Shown here: piece by piece, positions 35,959 through 50,200 of the stretch
How positions within the stretch are numbered: position 1 is the first letter of the stretch
Layout: the number at the start of each line of letters is the position of its first letter
Source of the DNA: Craspedostauros australis
Taxonomy: Eukaryota
Direction: 5' to 3'
Length of the DNA stretch: 61,755 nucleotides
Assembly (NCBI GenBank): GCA_030167865.1
Contig: JALAGF010003956.1
Span: 1-61,755 of the forward strand
The notes under the pieces: generated by a model
Database searches by the model: none
The model's input: the letters and a program-made list of their open reading frames with translations, nothing else
Told to the model about the DNA's origin: nothing
Made by a program: the position numbers and the translations under genes

Positions 35959-38900
35959 ATGCGGGTTTCGCGGTTCGGCTTCCTTGTCTTCTTCCTGGCA
36001 GCATCGTCGTCGGCACTCCCAGCACCATCGGCAGCAGAACCAAACTTGCGCAATAGTCCAACCCTCCTGAGGAAATTGGCGGGCAGTACAGCAGAAGCAG
36101 GCGGCACAGCGGATGTCAGTTATGGTGACGATCGCGAAAAGAGAGAGAAGGTGCATGATCCCAGGGAGAGGTTAGAAGCTGATCCCGAGAGAGAAATCAA
36201 TGTGCCGGTTCAGCATGAGGTCCAACCAGAGCAACACGAGGTGGTTCACTCAGGGCCCACCCAGCAGCAGCCTTCAACGACGAACGACAGTCCGCCACAG
36301 GAGGATGTGGACCAGCTGGAAGAACGCACGCAGTTGGACACCCGAAGCAGCGAGAGTGTCACCGAAACGCCACCGGCTCTCGAGGAAGAAGACGAAATAT
36401 TTTCTGATTTCGTTGCTGAAATGCGGATGAGCGTCGACACTAGCGCACCAACTAGCTTATCAACAACGGAACCGACGAGCCAGCCCACGAATGCCACTGT
36501 GGTTGACACAAACATGCCAACCCCAGCACCGACCGCGTTGGAATCAGCGGCACCAACCGGGATGCCATCAACCGATCCGACAAGTGCGCCGACTCAACTT
36601 CCCACGATCATGCGGTCAGCTCCGCCAACCGGAGAGGAAGACACGCTGAGCCCGTCGACCACTCCGAGCGTATCGCCGACGCAAATGCCATCAGCGCAAC
36701 CAAGTGCCAATCCATCGGCAATGCCATCGAGCACACCGACCGGGACTCCCACAGTCACAGCTTCGACGAGTCCCTCCGTTGCGCCCAGCACTCCCCCTTC
36801 GGCACAACCGTCGATGCCACCATCTGCGATGCCATCGTCGGCTCCTTCTGCGCAGCCGTCGTCGTCACCCTCCGTGAGTCCATCGCGAACACCGTCCTCC
36901 ATGCCTTCCACGACGCCGTCGGCGAGTCCATCCAGCGAGCCATCGGCATCTCCGTCAAATTCACCATCGGGTAGACCCTCTGCCACACCCTCAGTTGTGC
37001 CGTCCAATCCCCCTTCCACGATGCCGTCGGCAAGTCCATCCAGCGAGCCATCGGCATCTCCGTCAAATTCACCATCGGGTAGACCCTCTGCCACACCCTC
37101 AGTTGCGCCGTCCACCACTCCTTCCACCATGCCGTCGGTGTCGCCGTCAGCATCGCCATCGGGACAACCGTCAAGTTCACCAAGTATCAGGCCGAGCAAA
37201 GAACCCAGCACATCACCATCGTCTGAGCCATCGAGTTCACCAAGTGGAAGGCCGAGTCGTACCCCAAGCGCAGAACCGTCTTCGGAACCGTCGAGCACGC
37301 CAAGTATCATGCCCAGCAAAGAACCCAGCGCATCGCCATCGTCTGAGCCATCGGCCATGCCAAGTGCGTTGCCATCGGCACATCCGTCGGCAGCACCAAG
37401 TGCGACACCGTCAACTTCTCCGTCGCTGTCACCGTCAGCAACACCAAGCAGCAATCCATCCATTTTGCCTTCGGCAGAACCAAGTATGGCACCATCGGCT
37501 TCTCCATCACTGAATCCATCGACGATGCCGTCGATTGCGCCATCCGCACGACCATCATCCTTGCCGACAGGAGCCCCCTCGGATGATCCGTCGGCATCCC
37601 CCTCCTCTGTACCATCAGTGTCTCCGTCCACATCGCCGTCGAGTGTGCCTAGCGTCGCCCCGTCGGCATTCCCCTCACAGCAACCATCACAGAACCCATC
37701 AGTGACACCATCCGCATTACCCACGTTGGCGTCAGAAACACCATCAATCACACCATCAGTCTCGCCATCCGTTCAACCGTCGTCTATGCCGTCTTCCGTG
37801 CCATCGCCCATACCCAGTGCTCTTCCATCAGCGGTGCCAACCGTGTCACCATCATCCATCCCAAGCTCCCTTCCCACAAGCAGCCCAACCGTCACATGCA
37901 ACCTATCGCCGGAAGCCCGAGACAATCTCATCCGAGATTCCCTGGAACAAGTGTCCGGCTCCGAATTGCTGGACCAACCTGGAAGTGCGCAGAACTTGGC
38001 GGCGACTTGGTTGATCGACCTGGACACCGCCAGGCTGTGTCCGCAAGATGCCAATCTCGTGCAACGGTACTCATTGGCAGTGTTCTACTACAGCACGCGC
38101 GGTGACACGTGGAGAGAATGCAGCGCACCGACCAACTTTTCCGATCCCATCGCCATCGAGGCTGCCAACGATGCGTGTCTGATAGTGATTGTTGGCGGAG
38201 GAACGAACGCATGGTTGACACCAGGAACCGAGTGTCAATGGGGTGGTCTGCGATGTACCAGCGAGGGGTTCATTGACACCATGGAATTCCGTAAGTACCT
38301 TGTCCTTGCATCACACCTGTGCGTGTTGCATTGGAAACATGACCAACCACTACGTTGTTTTCGACATGTGATGCTGACTCTTTCTTCTGCTTCCTCCCTG
38401 TCGCTTTTCTTTGTCATTCTTTTTTGCAACATCGGTCCTTACTCATGACGCGCGCAGAGGGCAACGCACTGAGAGGGACGCTCGCGGACGAAATCGGACG
38501 CTTGGATGATCTGCGGTCGTTAAGGTTGGAGGCCGGCGTCTTGAGCGGGAACATCCCATCTGCATTTGGCGATCTGATCAATCTGGAAATTCTGGATCTG
38601 AACATTAACTCGTTGGATGGGAGCATTCCGGATGATGTCTACTTCCTCGCCAACCTCCGGGAAATCGACCTCGATGACAACAGCTTCTCTGGTCCCATCA
38701 GCCCTTTGATCGGATCCCTGTCAAATCTTCAGTTCCTGCAACTGGACAACAACGCTTTCACGGGGATGATCCCCTCGGAGCTGGGATCCCTCCGCTTCCT
38801 AGGTACGCATGTGTCATGTCCGCGTGTACTGATTCGCTTTCATATGCCGCTCCGTTTGACAGCTTGACTTCGGGAAACTATCGCAGTGACATCACATGGT

Positions 38901-39171
38901 GGCAAAGAAGCATCACCACACTCGCATCGTCCTAACACTTCTTCCGGCGCATCGCAATTGCTTTCCTTCACCCCCTCTCACGTGCCAACATCTCGCTTGC
39001 GCGACAGAACTCGCAACATTCGAAAGCAACAGGTTATCAGGGTCGATGCCGGCACAGGTCTGTGCCAACGTGACAGGATCGTTGATGGTCCTTGTCGTGG
39101 ATTGCGCCGGAGCACCAAACCGAGTGTCACCACCCTTCGTCGAATGCAGCTGTTGCACAAGATGTAGTTAA
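35959..39171 (+). CDS. Secreted leucine-rich repeat protein with a long Pro/Ser/Thr (PSxx) stalk
   Basis: Exons 35959..38290, 38458..38802, 39008..39171. Signal peptide MRVSRFGFLVFFLAASSSA; PSxxPS tetrapeptide stalk; cap AQNLAATWL..LVQRYSLAVFYYSTRGDTW; plant-type LRRs (LxLxxNxLxGxIP); Cys-rich end ECSCCTRCS. Confidence 0.9.
36895..37135 (+). repeat. Near-perfect 120-bp (40-aa) tandem duplication inside the PSxx stalk
   Basis: PSASPSSEPSASPSNSPSGRPSATPSV occurs twice with almost identical DNA (about 36916 and 37024; spacing 108-120 bp depending on register). Confidence 0.7.
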
Positions 39172-40232
39172 TCAGATGAGCACAGCGGGGGAGATGTTGC
39201 TCCCCGCCCCTCCTCAATCTCGCTTCCACGCACTCAAGAAGGACAGGACAGAGCCGCGCGACAGCGCACATTTAGATGAGAACCAACCATCGAACGGACA
39301 AGTCATGCGGTGATGTAACAACTGCATCGTCGCAAACATCGTCTGTAGCACCATACCAACTGCACAACTTATCTCATCAGCGCTGTCCAACGACACAGCA
39401 TCGCACAGTGAATCGCACTTGCGAACATTGCGTCGTTTCAGCTCGCATGATCCATCCATGCATCATGCATCCACGTCCTTCATCTCAATGCAGACCAATA
39501 GCACGACATGCTCATGGACAAAACACTTGCACGCAAACACACGTGTTTGTATTGTACCATATGAGCATTCCTGCATACACACAACAACAACAACAACAAC
39601 ACAATTCCAAGCAATCGGCCACCTACACCTCCTTCCCTGTCCCCCATCCTCAATGTCAGTGAAACGTCTGCTCACCAAAATCAACTCCGCAATCTGGCGA
39701 AAGTTGAGACCGGGCAGACAAACAAAGCAATCAACGAGGGAGAGTGTTCAGATCTCATAACACCACAATAATGCAATGAAAATAGTATAATACTATTGTA
39801 CAGCATCCTCACAGTAACAATAACAGTAACATACCAACGTAATAACAATATCCTGACGCCAATCTATCCCAACATCGAACTCTATACCTGCATCTCGAAG
39901 CGCTCAAATCCTTCAATTTCCAACAACTGATTCCCGTTTGGTGACACCATTCGAGTCCCACGAATAAGTGGCGATGAGAAAGAGAAACGACTCCGATTTT
40001 CGTGATTTCGTTGGTTCTTCTTTCTCGTTGCCTTGTCGTTGCGCTGCTTGTGGTTGTTTGAGCACAAAGATCGAGAGGAACGTTGAGAGGAAGGGAAGGG
40101 AAGAAAGGCAGAGGCCATCCATCGTGCGACGCTGCTGATCATACTACAGATGTATTATATCTCCCGTTGCTTCTTCCTGAATACGTACACAAGCTACCTC
40201 CAACCACCACTGCGGACAGACAGTCAGTGACG

Positions 40233-43200
40233 ATGCCATCCAACAGCGAGTCCAGGCCGCTGTTGGCAGGGTTCAAGTCCACGTTTGGCAGCTTTGGGCG
40301 GCGCAACAACCCAGGCAAGCGCAATGGCAAGCGCAATGGCAATGGCAAGCGCAATGGCAATGGCAAGCGCAATACCAAAGCCACTGCCAAGGCCACAGAC
40401 GATGGTCGCAAGAAAGCCGCTGTCCGAAAAGCTCGGCCTTCAACCAACAGCAATGCTGAAGACAGCACCATTGCGCAACAGCAACAACAGCAGCAGCAAC
40501 GACGGCGTGCGAGTAGCTTGGACATTGGCAGGCTGCTTGGCTTCAAGCAAGTTGAACCATCGCCATCGGATGCTGCTGCGGAACCGAGATCTTCCGTTTC
40601 ATCTTCCACGCAACCTCACAGCACGGCATGCATCAAGTCGCACTCGGTGCTGGTGGATCTGGTGGGAGCGCGCAACCTCCCCATCGCAGACAACATGGAG
40701 ACCTACTGCGTCGTGACGTACGGTGCCAAGACGATCCATCGCACCAAACCGTTCGCGCCGCGATTGTCCAAGACGGATCTGGCGCTGCAATCGACGATGA
40801 TGCTGCTGCGCGTTGGCAATGCCTTTGAGCCGTTGCAGGAGAGCCTCCGCAATCCCATCTGGACCGTGCATCACAGCTCCCTCTTCGCATTCGACGTCAC
40901 GCAACGCGATATCGAGAACAACAAGGTCCTCACCATCACGCTGTGGTCGCAACCCCGTCGACGCAGATTGCAGGACCGCGCCGTGCTCAACGGCATGGTC
41001 AAGAACAACAAACGCTACGCGCAGCGGATCGAGTTCGTGGGCAAGGTGCGCATCAAGGCGCCCCAACTGCTGCGCATGTGCAAGGGCGAACGGCAACGGT
41101 TCCATCTCGTCGATGAATTGGATCGCGAATTGGCCAACCGACGCGGCGACCCCTGTCTGCTGGCGATGCGATTCCGACCAGCCAACGGCGCGGACCGCAC
41201 CTTCGTCACGAATTGGACGCAGATCAACGAACGCGCCGAACAGCACCGGCTCATTGCGCCAGGCGTCGAACACATATGGCGTGGCACACGCATCGCGCCG
41301 CATTTGGATCGCAGGAAGGCGCCCATTACGACCGACATTCCCGAGGCCGACGTGGGCGGCGCCACCCTCGCATCGGCCGTCACGGGGTCCATGTCGATCA
41401 CGGCCCTCACAGCCGGCAAGGCCATCGTCAAACCCTATCCCAACCCCGCCGCGCCATCAACGACGCAGTACATGACGCCCAGCATGATCAAGACGCAAGT
41501 CGCGCTGCCGTCCTTGAATTGGGTGCATGCCGGCACGCCCGAGACTTCGTTGGGTCGGTTGTACGTCGAGGTGCTGTCGGCGCATCATCTGCCCAACGTC
41601 GATTACGGCAGTCAGGTGGGCAATCAGACGGACGCCTTCTGCGCGCTTGTGCATGGCGACGCCATGGTGCAGACGGACACGATCGACGACGAACTCAGTC
41701 CGCATTGGCTGCCGTGGACGCAGCGTGCGTTCGTCTTTCATATTCAGGAACCGTCTCAAGTGCTGTACGCCAGTATCTTTGGCTACAAACGTCAGCTGCT
41801 CGCGCATCAACCCATCGGGCGCGTCGAGATCAACACGATGAATTTGCAGCGCGATATGGAGTACGAGCTGGAATACAACCTCAATCGATACTCGCATGCC
41901 TCGACGGGGGAGATTCGTCCCAAGTCCTCGCATGGAACGATCCGGTTGCGGCTGCGCGTTGAGATCGACGATGAGCGCAAGGCCCTGCTGTCCGTTCTTC
42001 GACCGCCACGATCCGTCTACGTCAACGTGCAGCAAAAGAAGAGCCTGCCCGTGGCCAAGTACACGTGTTGCGGCGAATACGACGAGGAGGAGAAGTTCAG
42101 TCTGCCCGTCTTCCATGCCTACATTGACGAAATCCTGCAGAACTACCTGCGACGCATCGTCTACTCCATCCGCGATGGTGCGCGATCGCTGGTATTCTGG
42201 CGCAGTCAGGTGCACATTGGCAGAGTCGGCCTTCCGCTCTACTCCTTCCTCATGTTCATTTCCGGGTTGCTGTTTGTGGATTATCCGCAGCTATTCCTCT
42301 GCTTCTTCCTTTGGGGGATCGCCTGGTTGATGCTGGTGCAGTTGCAGCTAAGACGAGCCTCGCCGTCGCCATGGCGTCGATGTCCGTCCTTTCTCAATTT
42401 CTTGACCATTCTGTTGCTGGGATCCTACAAGCAAGAGTATCGCACGATCTCCGAACATGAAGGCTGGTTGGAGACGCTGGAGGAGCAGGAGAAGATGAAG
42501 AAACGAGTGGAAGATGACGAGCTGTTCTCCAAGCGCAAGGAGATGGCTGAGCGAGCCATCGAGAATCTTGAAAATGAAGCTGTGCAGACCAAGGCGAAGG
42601 CGTTGCCGTTGGAGCTGCTGGTCATTCTGGGCAAAGTCCAGGGCATCGTCGGGAGTGAGTGTGCATGTGTGTATGTGTGTATGGATGCATGTGTGAATAG
42701 ATTGGAGAGAGTGCGATAGTCGCAGGCGATGATCCATATCTTGTTGCCACTGTGCTGCGAGTGTATGTACGAGTATGTTGCATTGCACCGTCTTCAATCA
42801 TGTGCTAACTTCATTGCTTTATGCCTTCTCCTTTGGCACACTTCATGCCGTTGACCATTGACGAACAACGATGAACCACGAACAACGAACGACAGACTTC
42901 TGTCGACTGTGCCGATCCATCGATGTGATCTTGACGTGGGAGGAGAGCTCGCTGAGCTTCTTCATCACGCTGACTTGCTTGGTCCTCGGCCTAGTCTGCT
43001 TGCTCCTGCCATGGCAATTCCTGTTCCGATGGGTGGGACGCATCTTGGTCGTTGTGCTGTTCGGGCCGCAGAACAAGCTGCTGGATATCTGGTGGTACCG
43101 ACCGCTGGAGAAGGAGAAGCACAACCTCCGCAAGCTCTTGGCAGAACGGTTGAACATGGCACGGTACAGCCAGGAGGATGCCTTGAAACTCCGAGCATTC

Positions 43201-44001
43201 CGACATGCGTTGTTCGGCAAGTACTCCACCCAGGTCCCATCGATCCTGTGGACGCCGCATCAGGATTTTCCATTGCCATCTTCGACGGCACGGCTGCGCA
43301 AGAATCGCAGCGCTCGCAAGAGCCAATTCACGAACCGATCCAAGCTGGTTCCGGGGCAGGAGCTGTTTGGCAACATGATCCCGCAACCGCAGATGGAGTA
43401 TGAGCGCACCAACGGATTGTCTCGTCAGTTCTTGCGGGGCATGGACCAGGCCTTGAAAGCGAATGAGCGCAGGATCAAGGATGAGAAGAAGAGACGGAAG
43501 AGCAAGAAGCTCTCGTTGGTTTCGTCAGAACTGGGCGGGATTGGTAAGGATGCCAGCGAGAGCACGCCACTGCGAACCAGCCTTCGTATGAGAGAATCGT
43601 TGCGACTGCAGGAGGAAGGGTTTGAGATTGCAGAGATGTACGACGAGGAGGCTGGATACGTGGAGAACGTTCTGAAGCCATTTGAGCAGTCGCAAGGCCT
43701 GCAAGAGAGCATGTACGAACTGGGCGTTGAGATTGTTGGAACTGCGTCGGCGGACGGTGAAGAACGATTCCAATCCACCTACCGAGGCCAATCGACCAAG
43801 AATATCGTCAAAGATGAAGAGTCCGACGATGGGAACAACAGCATCGTCGTCGAGGAAGCAGAGCAGCTTGGAGATGATGGTGAAGGCGAGGTTGGGGTGA
43901 AGTTCGAAGAAGAAAAAGAAAGTGAGGAAAAGAAGCAGAGCTTTGATGATGGTAGGGATGGGGACGGGGATGGTGGAATGGTTGACACAACATTAACGCA
44001 G

Positions 44002-44033
<32 letters not shown>

Positions 44034-44316
44034 TGGGATATCACCGAAGGGACGCTCCGAGACGAGCGCATCGGCCCATCCATCGATATCAAAGCTGGAG
44101 GCGACCGTGAAATCCCGACCTTCGTCCCAGCAAATCGATGAGATGCCATCAGGAATATCTGCAACATCATTAATGGAGGCACCTCAAGCAACTGCACCCG
44201 TTCCCCCAAGAAACGTTGGAACCCGGAACAGTTCGTACATGGACGAGATGGGCTTCGAGATCACTGAAGAGTTCGACGATGGGAATGATCTGGTTGTTGA
44301 GTTTCAGTCGGGATAG
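40233..44316 (+). CDS. C2-domain transmembrane protein, MCTP-like (two C2 domains plus a C-terminal membrane region)
   Basis: Exons 40233..42654 and 42896..44316. C2 motifs LVDLVGARNLP..TYCVV..NPIW and LYVEVLSAHHLPNVD..TDAFCAL..SPHW; hydrophobic segments on both sides of the intron (LFLCFFLWGIAWLML; ILTWEESSLSFFITL..VVLFGPQNK). Confidence 0.85.
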
Positions 44317-44519
44317 TGCAACATAGCAAAATTATGAGCACTCTGTTGTAGCGAGATAGGTACGAGGAGATCGGAGCGTACCGTGTCCAACCTCCACGAC
44401 AGTTTATCACAAACCAGCAGCGCTGTTACAACCATCCTTGACCGCCACAACGGCAGCAAACGCAGCAGTGAGGAGAGACAGGGAGGTGATCGGGGGGTTG
44501 TTTGTAAACGTTTATTTGC

Positions 44520-45080
44520 TTAGGCGGCTCCGACCTTTACGAATCTCTTCTTGGCGGCCATCTTTTTCGTGATCTTCAATGGCGCGGCGTCGTCCATCTT
44601 CTCAACACCATCGTTCTTCTCCTTCAAGATGATCTCGATGTGGGCTGGCTGGCTGGCGTACTTTCCGATACGTCCATGTGCTCTGTACGTGCGGCGTCTG
44701 CCCGGTGGGGCCTTGTTGCACTGCGCGTGTTCAATAATGAGGTTGTCGGCATCCAATCCCTTGGTCTCGGCGTTGGCCACGGCGTTCTTGAGCAGGTCGC
44801 GGTAGACGGCGGAGGCCTTGACTGGCCAGCGGCCGATGTTGCCCGGGGACTTGCACTGCTTTCCCTGCGCCTTGCGTCCGATACCTCCGGTGTACTTGAC
44901 GAATGGGATGACGGCCTTGAAGGCGAGGACATCGTCCAGGACCTTCAGTGCCTTGTTGACGTTCATTCCCTTGGTGTGGTGGGCGATTTCTCTGCAGTGC
45001 TTGAAGTGCACTCGCAGGTGCTTTCCGCGGCTCTTGGAGGTCTTCTCCGGAACCTCTGGCTCAACGCTGTAACGACCCAT
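44520..45080 (-). CDS. RPL17: 60S ribosomal protein L17 (uL22)
   Basis: MGRYS..SRGKHLRVHFKHCRE..GRWPVK..NAVANAETKGLD..RRRTYRAHGRIGKYASQPAHIEIIL; 186 aa. Confidence 0.97.
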   Translation of the reverse strand: MGRYSVEPEVPEKTSKSRGKHLRVHFKHCREIAHHTKGMNVNKALKVLDDVLAFKAVIPFVKYTGGIGRKAQGKQCKSPGNIGRWPVKASAVYRDLLKNAVANAETKGLDADNLIIEHAQCNKAPPGRRRTYRAHGRIGKYASQPAHIEIILKEKNDGVEKMDDAAPLKITKKMAAKKRFVKVGAA

Positions 45081-47288
45081 GATTGCTTGCTGTGTTGTGT
45101 TGTGTTTTATCAGGTTCTGTGCATGACATGTGTATGTCATGTGCATGAAGTGCCATGTGATTCAGTCGAGTTCAGTTGTCGTCGTCATAACACAAGGTCC
45201 GAGCCATCCGGTTGATTGCGTCCGTGTGCGCGCCCAACGCCCGAACGATAGGAACCACCAAGAGAACACACACCACCGACCACAATGTCATCCAGAAATC
45301 ACACCAACATGACACCGACCCCGACCCAAAGGAACGCCACCCCAATCCAAGCCAAAGTAGCGACATCGTCCGTAGCAGAAGATGAAGAGGGAAACAGCAA
45401 GGAGCGTTCTCGTGAGCGATCTGTCTCTTGTCTTTCTACAAAAGGAAATCCCAAGTGCCCCCAACAAGTCCATCCGAGAAGACATCATGGTACTATATCT
45501 TGAGGTGCCGCGGATCGCCATGAAACCACCATCAGTATCAGCCCAACGCGTTCAGCCAAAGCCAGATTCATCGCATCATCGTTTCCGTTTCCAACTTCGG
45601 TCTCCAGCGGCCCGTCACAGGACACCGCCATGGTCCTCACCTTTCCAGGAAGGGTGCTATCTGTATCGACGATGGTGGCGGTGGACCTGACGCTGCGATC
45701 GTTCAACACAACAACGCCACCCAAAACAACACCAAGAACGACAACACCAACCAACGAAGACGAGGAACCAAGACACCAACAACGAAACACACAACACAAT
45801 GGTTTCCATTCGACGTAGTCCATTCGCCTCCAACGAGCGTCAAAAGAGTAAACTCGTAAATGGTAATAGAGGTGGTGGGATGGACAGACGCGAACAATAA
45901 TCGAACCATTATCGTCCGACAAAACAGAATCGTGTCCGTTGTGGATGTCGCTTGAATCGTGATACCACTATTCTGCCGACATGCATGATTCAAATATTCT
46001 CGTTGGTGGAACGCTAACCGAGACGTTATCCAGTTAACGCCAACCGTCACCAACGCCGGCGCACTTTACGCACTGTCACGCCTTTGCATTCAAACCGATA
46101 ACAGTTACGCTCGGGTATTTGAAACATCGATCATGAAGGTTGTGTTTGTCCACATTGTGCCACGCTGGGACAACCGGCCGACAATCCCAACGACAACATG
46201 GGAGGTCCCAACAACGACATTTTGAACTCACGTAAACACCAACAACAAAACCAACAGTGAGCAACAAACGTGACAACGGCATCAACAGCACCAACAAAAC
46301 CAACAACGCCAACACAGCTGGTTCTTCGTGATGTTGTTGGTGTTTGTGTTCGCGACGAGAAGGATACCATCGGCAGACGACGCCCTTCGTGTCAACGACG
46401 ACAATAACGATCATCATGGATACTCCACTCCCAATAGGCAGACACATCATCATCATCGTCAACGGTCGAGTCGTCTGCAGAAGAGTGACCTGTTCTCCTT
46501 TTCTTTGGGGGAACTGACGACGAGTCACACCAACATCCTCGATTCCTTCCACTCCGTCGTCTGCAACAACTGCAATAGCAACGACAGCAACAACAACGAC
46601 ACAAGCGATATCAGTTGCAGCAGCAGTAACAACACCAACGGCATCTTCGACAACAACAACAACGAGGCCAACGATTTCTATTCGTGCATGACCCAACCAC
46701 ATACACCTGCAATCACATGCACATTCACATACACATTCACACACACGTGCAGAGAAAGGCAACGGTATCCGCTTCCATACCGACGTTGTCCCAATTAACA
46801 TCGCGCCAACAACACATACCAACCGACAATTCTCCTCTTCCTCAACCATCATCTGAACAAACGGCTATTCCGACCAAACAGATCGGTGCCATCCTACAAC
46901 GGCTTTCTCATTCATTCATTCATTCATCTAGCCATCCATCTCGCCATCTGCCACCCCCTTCGTTCACTCCCTCATACACAACCAACGACCAACAATGTTC
47001 AACTGTCATCCGATGGAAAACGACGAACAGGATCAACAGCTTCCCACAAGCTCATCACAACTTCACATGCCAGTCAACCATCAAGCTGTTGATCACGACA
47101 CACACACATCTTCAATCCCTTGCTCGAGTGGAATGACATCACAGTCCTTGACGCAGTCGCAGTCGCAGTCACAGCCACAGCCACATCCCCAATCGAAGCC
47201 ACAGCATCCAGCACCCACGTCCAACATGATCCCCTCAAGAGCAAGACAAGCACCCAAGCACGGACGACGTCGACGACGACACTGCAAC

Positions 47289-50200
47289 ATGATGGTCACA
47301 TCGACTCTGCCATTGCTGTTGCTTGCATCCAGCATGATGATTTCGACTGCGGACGGCCACAGCCGCCAGTCGTACTATGTCGTTCGGGAAGACGACGAAT
47401 CCAGTGAGGTGGCTCACAAGGGATCGGAATTCGCACGCACAACATCCAAACGCAAGAGGAAGCATCGGCGGCTGCGCAACGGGGGCGCGTCCGACCAAAA
47501 CCATCGCACGATTCGTGACGCAGTGGTTCCAAACAGCAGTCCAAGTCAGGACAGCATTTCGTTTGACGATGAGGAAATGATCGACCGATTGGTGAAAGGT
47601 GACATGGACCACGATGTGCAGTTTGATTTCATGGATCGCATGCTCGATCTGAGTTTCAGCATGAGATTGAGCACGGTGAGTGAAGCGCATTTGTGTGGAG
47701 AGGAAATGAGTTGGTGGTTGTTGCAAGCAGCTTGTTACCGCCGTGGGTGTCATTCTGGTTGTCTTGCAGTATCTCATCCTGTCGATTCCATTCATCCATC
47801 GTTGCACGAACCAAACTATGATATTCCGATATCATCTCGCAGACACCGACGGGGATTCCATCGTCAACGCCGACGCAGTCGCCAACACTATCAGCGGTGC
47901 CAACATTCGATGGACAGACCAGAGTTCCGACGACATCGCCAACGTCAAACCCGACATCAAATCCAACATCATCGCCGACTTCGATTCCGACGACCGACCC
48001 CAACAGAACGAACCAGCCGACATTCCCACCCAGCGCGATTCCCACATTTGACGGAGAAACAAGGGAGCCCACGAGCGAGCCAACGAGCCAACCCACCACC
48101 GCACCATCCAACTCACCAACCGTGAGCTCCATGCCAACATTCCAAGGACAGACTCGGTCACCAACATTCCCACCTTCCGCAATCCCAACGGGCACGCCCA
48201 CATCAAATCCAACTGCTTCGCCGACATCGCAGCCAACAGCGGCGCCTTCCACAAATCCTGCGTTCACTGGCATGCCAACATTCGTTCCATCTGCGTTGCC
48301 AACCGCGGAAGGACAGACCAGTGGTCCAACAAGCGCACCAACAGGCAGCTCAGTGCCGACATTCGATGGGCAAACACGTACGCCGACTAGAAGCCCGACG
48401 GCGGCGCCGACTGATGTGCCGACATCTGTGCCATCCAGCGTGCCAAGCCAAACACCGACGGTCAGCTCAGTGCCGACATTCGATGGGCAGACACGTACGC
48501 CAACACAACAGCCGAGTGCTGTGCCAACCAGTGCACCAACAACAGCTCCATCCAGCGTGCCAAGCCAAACACCGACGGTCAGCTCAGTGCCGACATTCGA
48601 TGGGCAGACACGTACACCGACTGGAAGCCCAACGGCAGCTCCGACTGATGTGCCAACAGCCGCTCCGTCCAGTATTCCAAGCCAGACACCGACAATCAGC
48701 TCGGATCCAACATTCGATGGGCAGACACGCGCGCCAACACAACAGCCGAGTACAGTGCCAACCAGTGCACCAACAACGGCTCCATCGAGTGTGCCAAGCC
48801 AGACACCCACGGTCAGTTCGGATCCAACATTCGATGGACAGACACGTACGCCGACGGGAAGTCCAACGGCAGCGCCGACTGGTGTGCCAACAGCGGCTCC
48901 ATCGAGTGTGCCAAGCCAGACACCGACGGTCAGCTCCGATCCGACATTCGATGGGCAAACACGTACGCCGACTGGAAGTCCGACGGCGGCGCCGACTGAT
49001 GTGCCGACAGTGGCTCCATCGAGTGTACCAAGCCAGACACCGACGGTCAGCTCCGATCCGACATTCGATGGGCAAACACGTACGCCAACACAACAGCCGA
49101 GTGAAGCGCCAACCAGCGCACCAACAACGGCCCCATCGAGTGTGCCAAGCCAGACACCAACGGTCAGCTCAGTGCCGACATTCGATGGGCAGACACGTAC
49201 ACCGACTGGAAGTCCGACGGCGGCGCCGACTGATGTGCCGACATCTGTGCCATCCAGCGTGCCAAGCCAAACACCGACGGTCAGCTCAGTGCCGACATTC
49301 GATGGGCAGACACGTACGCCAACACAACAGCCGAGTGAAGTGCCAACCAGTGCACCAACAACGGCTCCATCTAGCTTGCCAAGCCAGACACCGACGGTCA
49401 GCTCGGATCCAACATTCGATGGGCAGACACGTACACCGACTGGAAGTCCGACGGTAGCGCCGACTGATGTGCCAACAGCGGCTCCATCGAGTGTGCCAAG
49501 CCAGACACCGACAATCAGCTCGGATCCAACATTCGATGGGCAGACACAAACACCAACACAGCAACCGAGTGCTGTGCCAACCAGTGCACCAACAACGGCT
49601 CCGTCCGGTGTACCAAGTCAAACACCAACCGCGAGTCCGGTGCCAACATTCGATGGGCAGACACGTACGCCAACACAACAGCCGAGTGCTGTGCCAACCA
49701 GTTCACCAACAGCCGCTCCATCGAGCGCGCCAAGCCAGACACCGACCGCCAGCTCCGTCCCAACATTCGATGGACAAACTCGTGCGCCGACCCAGCAGCC
49801 AAGTGCATCTCCAAGCAACACACCAAGCTCTCAGCCAAGCAACCAGCCGAGCGTGGTCCCCTCCAATGCACCCAGCGAATCCAGCGAAGCACCAACCTTC
49901 GAAGGGCAAACGCAGTCTCCAACAGGCCAACCGAGCATGGAACCCAGCAGTGAGCCAAGTGTGGCACCCTCAACTGCACCTTCATCAGCAAGCGAAGCGC
50001 CCACTTTCGATGGACAGACTCGATCTCCAACGCAGCAGCCAAGTGCCCAACCAAGTACCGAGCCAAGTGTGGCTCCTTCCAACGCACCGACCGCATCTAG
50101 CGAAGTGCCGACCTTCGATGGACAGACTCGATCTCCAACGCAGCAGCCAAGTGTTGAACCAAGCAGCGAGCCAAGCATGGCTCCTTCCAGCGTACCCACA

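Noticed and set aside
45081..47288. Possible snoRNA or extra gene upstream of RPL17, and Asn/His-rich ORFs at 46076-46852
   Set aside because: No convincing C/D or H/ACA boxes with a stem; the ORFs arise from CAA-rich low-complexity leader DNA.
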